Assembly: GCA_038087875.1 (NCBI GenBank) | Contig: CM075990.1 | Span: 6,202,001 to 6,266,000, forward strand | Direction: 5' to 3' | Source: Malacoraja senta | Lineage: Eukaryota | Length of the DNA: 64,000 nucleotides | Shown: positions 61,169 to 64,000 of the stretch, one piece after another | Position numbering within the stretch: position 1 is the first letter of the stretch | Layout: each line of letters starts with the position of its first letter | Notes under the pieces: model-generated | The model's database searches: none | The model's input: the letters and a program-made list of their open reading frames with translations, nothing else | Told to the model about the DNA's origin: nothing | Program-made: the position numbers and the translations under genes

Positions 61169-61461
61169 TTTTAGTTTAGAGATACAGCACGGAAACAGGC
61201 CCTTCAGCCCACCGGGTCACCGCACATTAACACCATCCTACACCCACTAGGGACAATTTTTTTCATTTACCAAGCCAATTAACCTACAAACCTGTACATC
61301 TTTGGAATGTGGGAGGAAAACGAAGATCTCGGAGAAAACCCACGCAGGTCATGGGGAGAACATACAAACTCCGCACAGACAGCACCCTTAATCGGGATCG
61401 AGCCCGGGTCTCCGGGGCTGCATTCGCTGTAAGGCAGCAACTCCACCGCTGCGCCACCGTG
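61169..61461 (-). mobile_element. V-SINE inserted in a CR1 fragment
   Basis: Same family. The CR1 3' sequence on the left (61050-61168) resumes at about 61463. Confidence 0.75.
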
Positions 61462-62999
61462 ACTTAAAAGACATTTGGACTAATACATGGATTTCCTTTA
61501 CCCTAGATTACTATGGTGTGGTCAGTCTGATCATGGCTATTGGATGGTAACAGGGCTCCTATGGGACTACTGAAGGGTTTCCTTCCTTCTCTGACTTTGT
61601 AGAGAAAGGACATGGTTTTCATCTAACATCCCTTCTCTCCCTTGTTCAAAGATGAACAGCATAATTGGCAACTGAATCCTCCTACCACAACCAGAGAGCA
61701 GTGCTGAACTACTATCTACATCATTGATGTCCCTTGGACTATCCTTGATCGGACCTTGCTGGCTTTACCTTGCACTAAACATTATTCCCTTATCATGTAC
61801 CTATACACTGTAAATGGACCGAATGTAATCATGTATTGTTTTTCTGCTGACTGGATAGCACGCAACAAAAGGCTTTTCACCGTACCTCGGTACACGTGAC
61901 AATAAACTAAACTAAACAGGGTTCAGGCTGGTGAACGTTCTTGTACCACACCTGTCTTGTTTCTCATCGCAGCTGAAATGTGATCAAATGCATTGTGAAA
62001 GAAGATATTGTTTGAAAATATTTTTATTTTCTCTTCCCAACCCCAAAAGGAAACGTCTTAAATAACACAATGTCAGCCTTGTCTGATGTTCTCTGCGTTC
62101 CAGGATATATGTAAACTTCAATCTCACTGACTAATCAGTGCTGTGCTAACTCACTCTTCCTCTTTGTTGTCTTGTAGCATTTATATTCTTTATGTTTTTA
62201 TGTGTTATCTGAGTCTATATGCATCCGATGCTGCTGCAAGCAAGATTTTCATTGTACTTTTACATATGACAATAAACTTGACTTGTAGAAACAAAGAACT
62301 CCTTTATACCAAAGATAGATACAAAGTGCTACAGTAACGCAGCGGGTCAGGCAGCATCTCTGGAGAACATGGATATGTGACGTTTAAGTCTGAAGAAGGG
62401 CACCGACCCAAAATATCACCTATCCTTTTTCTCCAGAGATGCTGTCTGACCCGCTGAGTTACTTCAGCAATTTGTGTCTATCTTTCGTCTTGACTTGCAG
62501 TTCTCTGCCTGTAAGTGACCAATGGACGGTGTGATTGATTGAGTGAGGGTGATTCATTTGAGGTGCCAGCATGTCCTACGCCAAGATTCCCTACGCCACA
62601 CCTTTTCTCCTCGAACAACATGACATTTGTGGTTTCTCACTTTGTGTGTGTTGACTGCCATATATATCCCAGTACAGGCTCTACATGCGTTATCAGCATT
62701 TTGTGTATGGACAGCCTGTACCAATGAGCAGGTGTGTGGGAGATCAGTGGGGTGGATTTGCCAGCTGCTGCCAGCATCTTCTGCCATGTGGGAACAAGGC
62801 ACTCCCGTCTGCCTTTTTTCTCCTTCCCACTGGTGCCTGCCCACAGCCCAAGCTGCTACACTTGGAGGCTGTGTGGAGTAAAGCAGAGTTGGGCAGACTC
62901 ACTCCCTCACTCGCCAAGTCAGTGAGTCCAGCTGGCGACCACTCGGCCCGCGCCTGCTTGCTCTCCCGTCACAGCTGTTTCGGTTGCAAACAATTCTCT

Positions 63000-63378
63000 G
63001 ATGAGAGGGGATCTTATTGAAACAGATAAGATTATTAAGGGTTTGGACACGCTAGAGGCAGGAAACATGTTCCCCGATGTTGGGGGAGTCCAGAACCAGG
63101 GGCCACAGTTTAAGAATAAGGAGTAAGCCATTCAGAACGGAGACGAGGAAACACTTTTTCTCACAGAGAGTGGTGAGTCTGTGGAATTCTCTGCCTCAGA
63201 GGGCGGTGGAGGCCGGTTCTCTGAATACTTTCAAGAGAGAGCTGGATAGGGCTCTTAAAGATAGCCGAGTCAGGGATATGGGGAGAAGGCAGGAACGGGG
63301 TACTGATTGGGGATTATCAGCCATGATCACATTGAATGGCTCGAAGGGCCGAATGGCCTACTCCTGCACCTATTGTCT
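63000..63378 (+). mobile_element. CR1-type LINE 3' end
   Basis: GESRTRGHSLRIR..FRTETRKHFFSQRVVSLWNSLPQRAVEA and a GGCCGAATGGCCTACTCCTGCACCTATTGTCTA tail. Confidence 0.85.
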
Positions 63379-64000
63379 AGAACAGAACTCTGCTGTAACC
63401 TGGGGACTTCTTTTAGTAAATACCCTTGAAAGTACGTGGTTCTCTGTAAAGCATTCCATAGTCATCCTGATGTCAGGAAATTAGGCATTAATATCAATTT
63501 GCCTGATCTTCAAAAAGCAATGTGGCACAATTTAGGCTGCTACATCCCCCAGAAGTAAGGTGGATGGATGCATCTTATTAAACTATTCATTGGGGCTATG
63601 CAGCTGAATTTCTGTGCACATCTGATGTTGTGGAGGAAGATTTGCCCAATTCCCTCATTGATCTTGTCAGTGCATGACCCTGTGTGAAGCCCAAGCACCT
63701 GGTCTCAGCGGGTCTTGCGTTTGCCATCCCACCTGTGTTGATCCAGTGCAAGAGATTTCACAGTGGTTGTCCGAGCTAGGTGAAAGGAGGCTCATTCCAG
63801 GATACTGGAATATGGGTGTGTTTGGGCATGAAATGAAGAAGGAATAGAGATGGTGAGGCTGGGAGAGAGACCCCCGAATGCACTCCCTATCCATTGATCT
63901 TGGTCGTATTCAGTATATGTGCTCCCTTCTAAATACCCCTTCTTGCATTGCCTCGTTCATCCGCCTCGTAATCTTAATGTTTGGACACTGTCACTTTCCC

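Noticed and set aside
57123..64000. GFPT1 exon 3
   Set aside because: No matching coding segment with splice sites was seen; probably beyond the window.

Overview
Repeat-rich vertebrate genomic DNA. V-SINE/HE1-like SINEs, CR1 and Penelope derivatives point to a cartilaginous fish, probably a skate or ray (inference). Three spliced protein-coding genes were rebuilt by hand from splice sites and frame. (1) A PAQR3-like gene on the minus strand: coding exons 1-4 at 13449-2211; the last exons fall left of the window. (2) A complete NFU1-like gene on the plus strand: 8 exons, 29229-49505, 269 aa, probably head-to-head with the PAQR3-like gene across an NRF1-motif-rich CpG island. (3) The first two coding exons of a GFPT1-like gene (54161-54167, 57015-57122), with a UPRE in its promoter. 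Mobile DNA includes a near-intact Passport-family Tc1, a decayed Tc1 plus a deletion derivative, a 5'-truncated Gypsy with its 3' LTR, four PIF/Harbinger MITEs, an L1 3' end with TSDs, and many CR1/Rex1/V-SINE pieces. Three observations stand out. There is a decayed R2-clade retrotransposon, normally 28S rDNA-specific, outside rDNA between NFU1 and GFPT1. There are more than 20 short Penelope-derived units carrying hammerhead ribozyme cores, often palindromic and several with their own TSDs. The PAQR3-NFU1-GFPT1 linkage may be an ohnolog block not kept in mammals. Comparisons with human, yeast or Passport sequences are from memory, not from a search.
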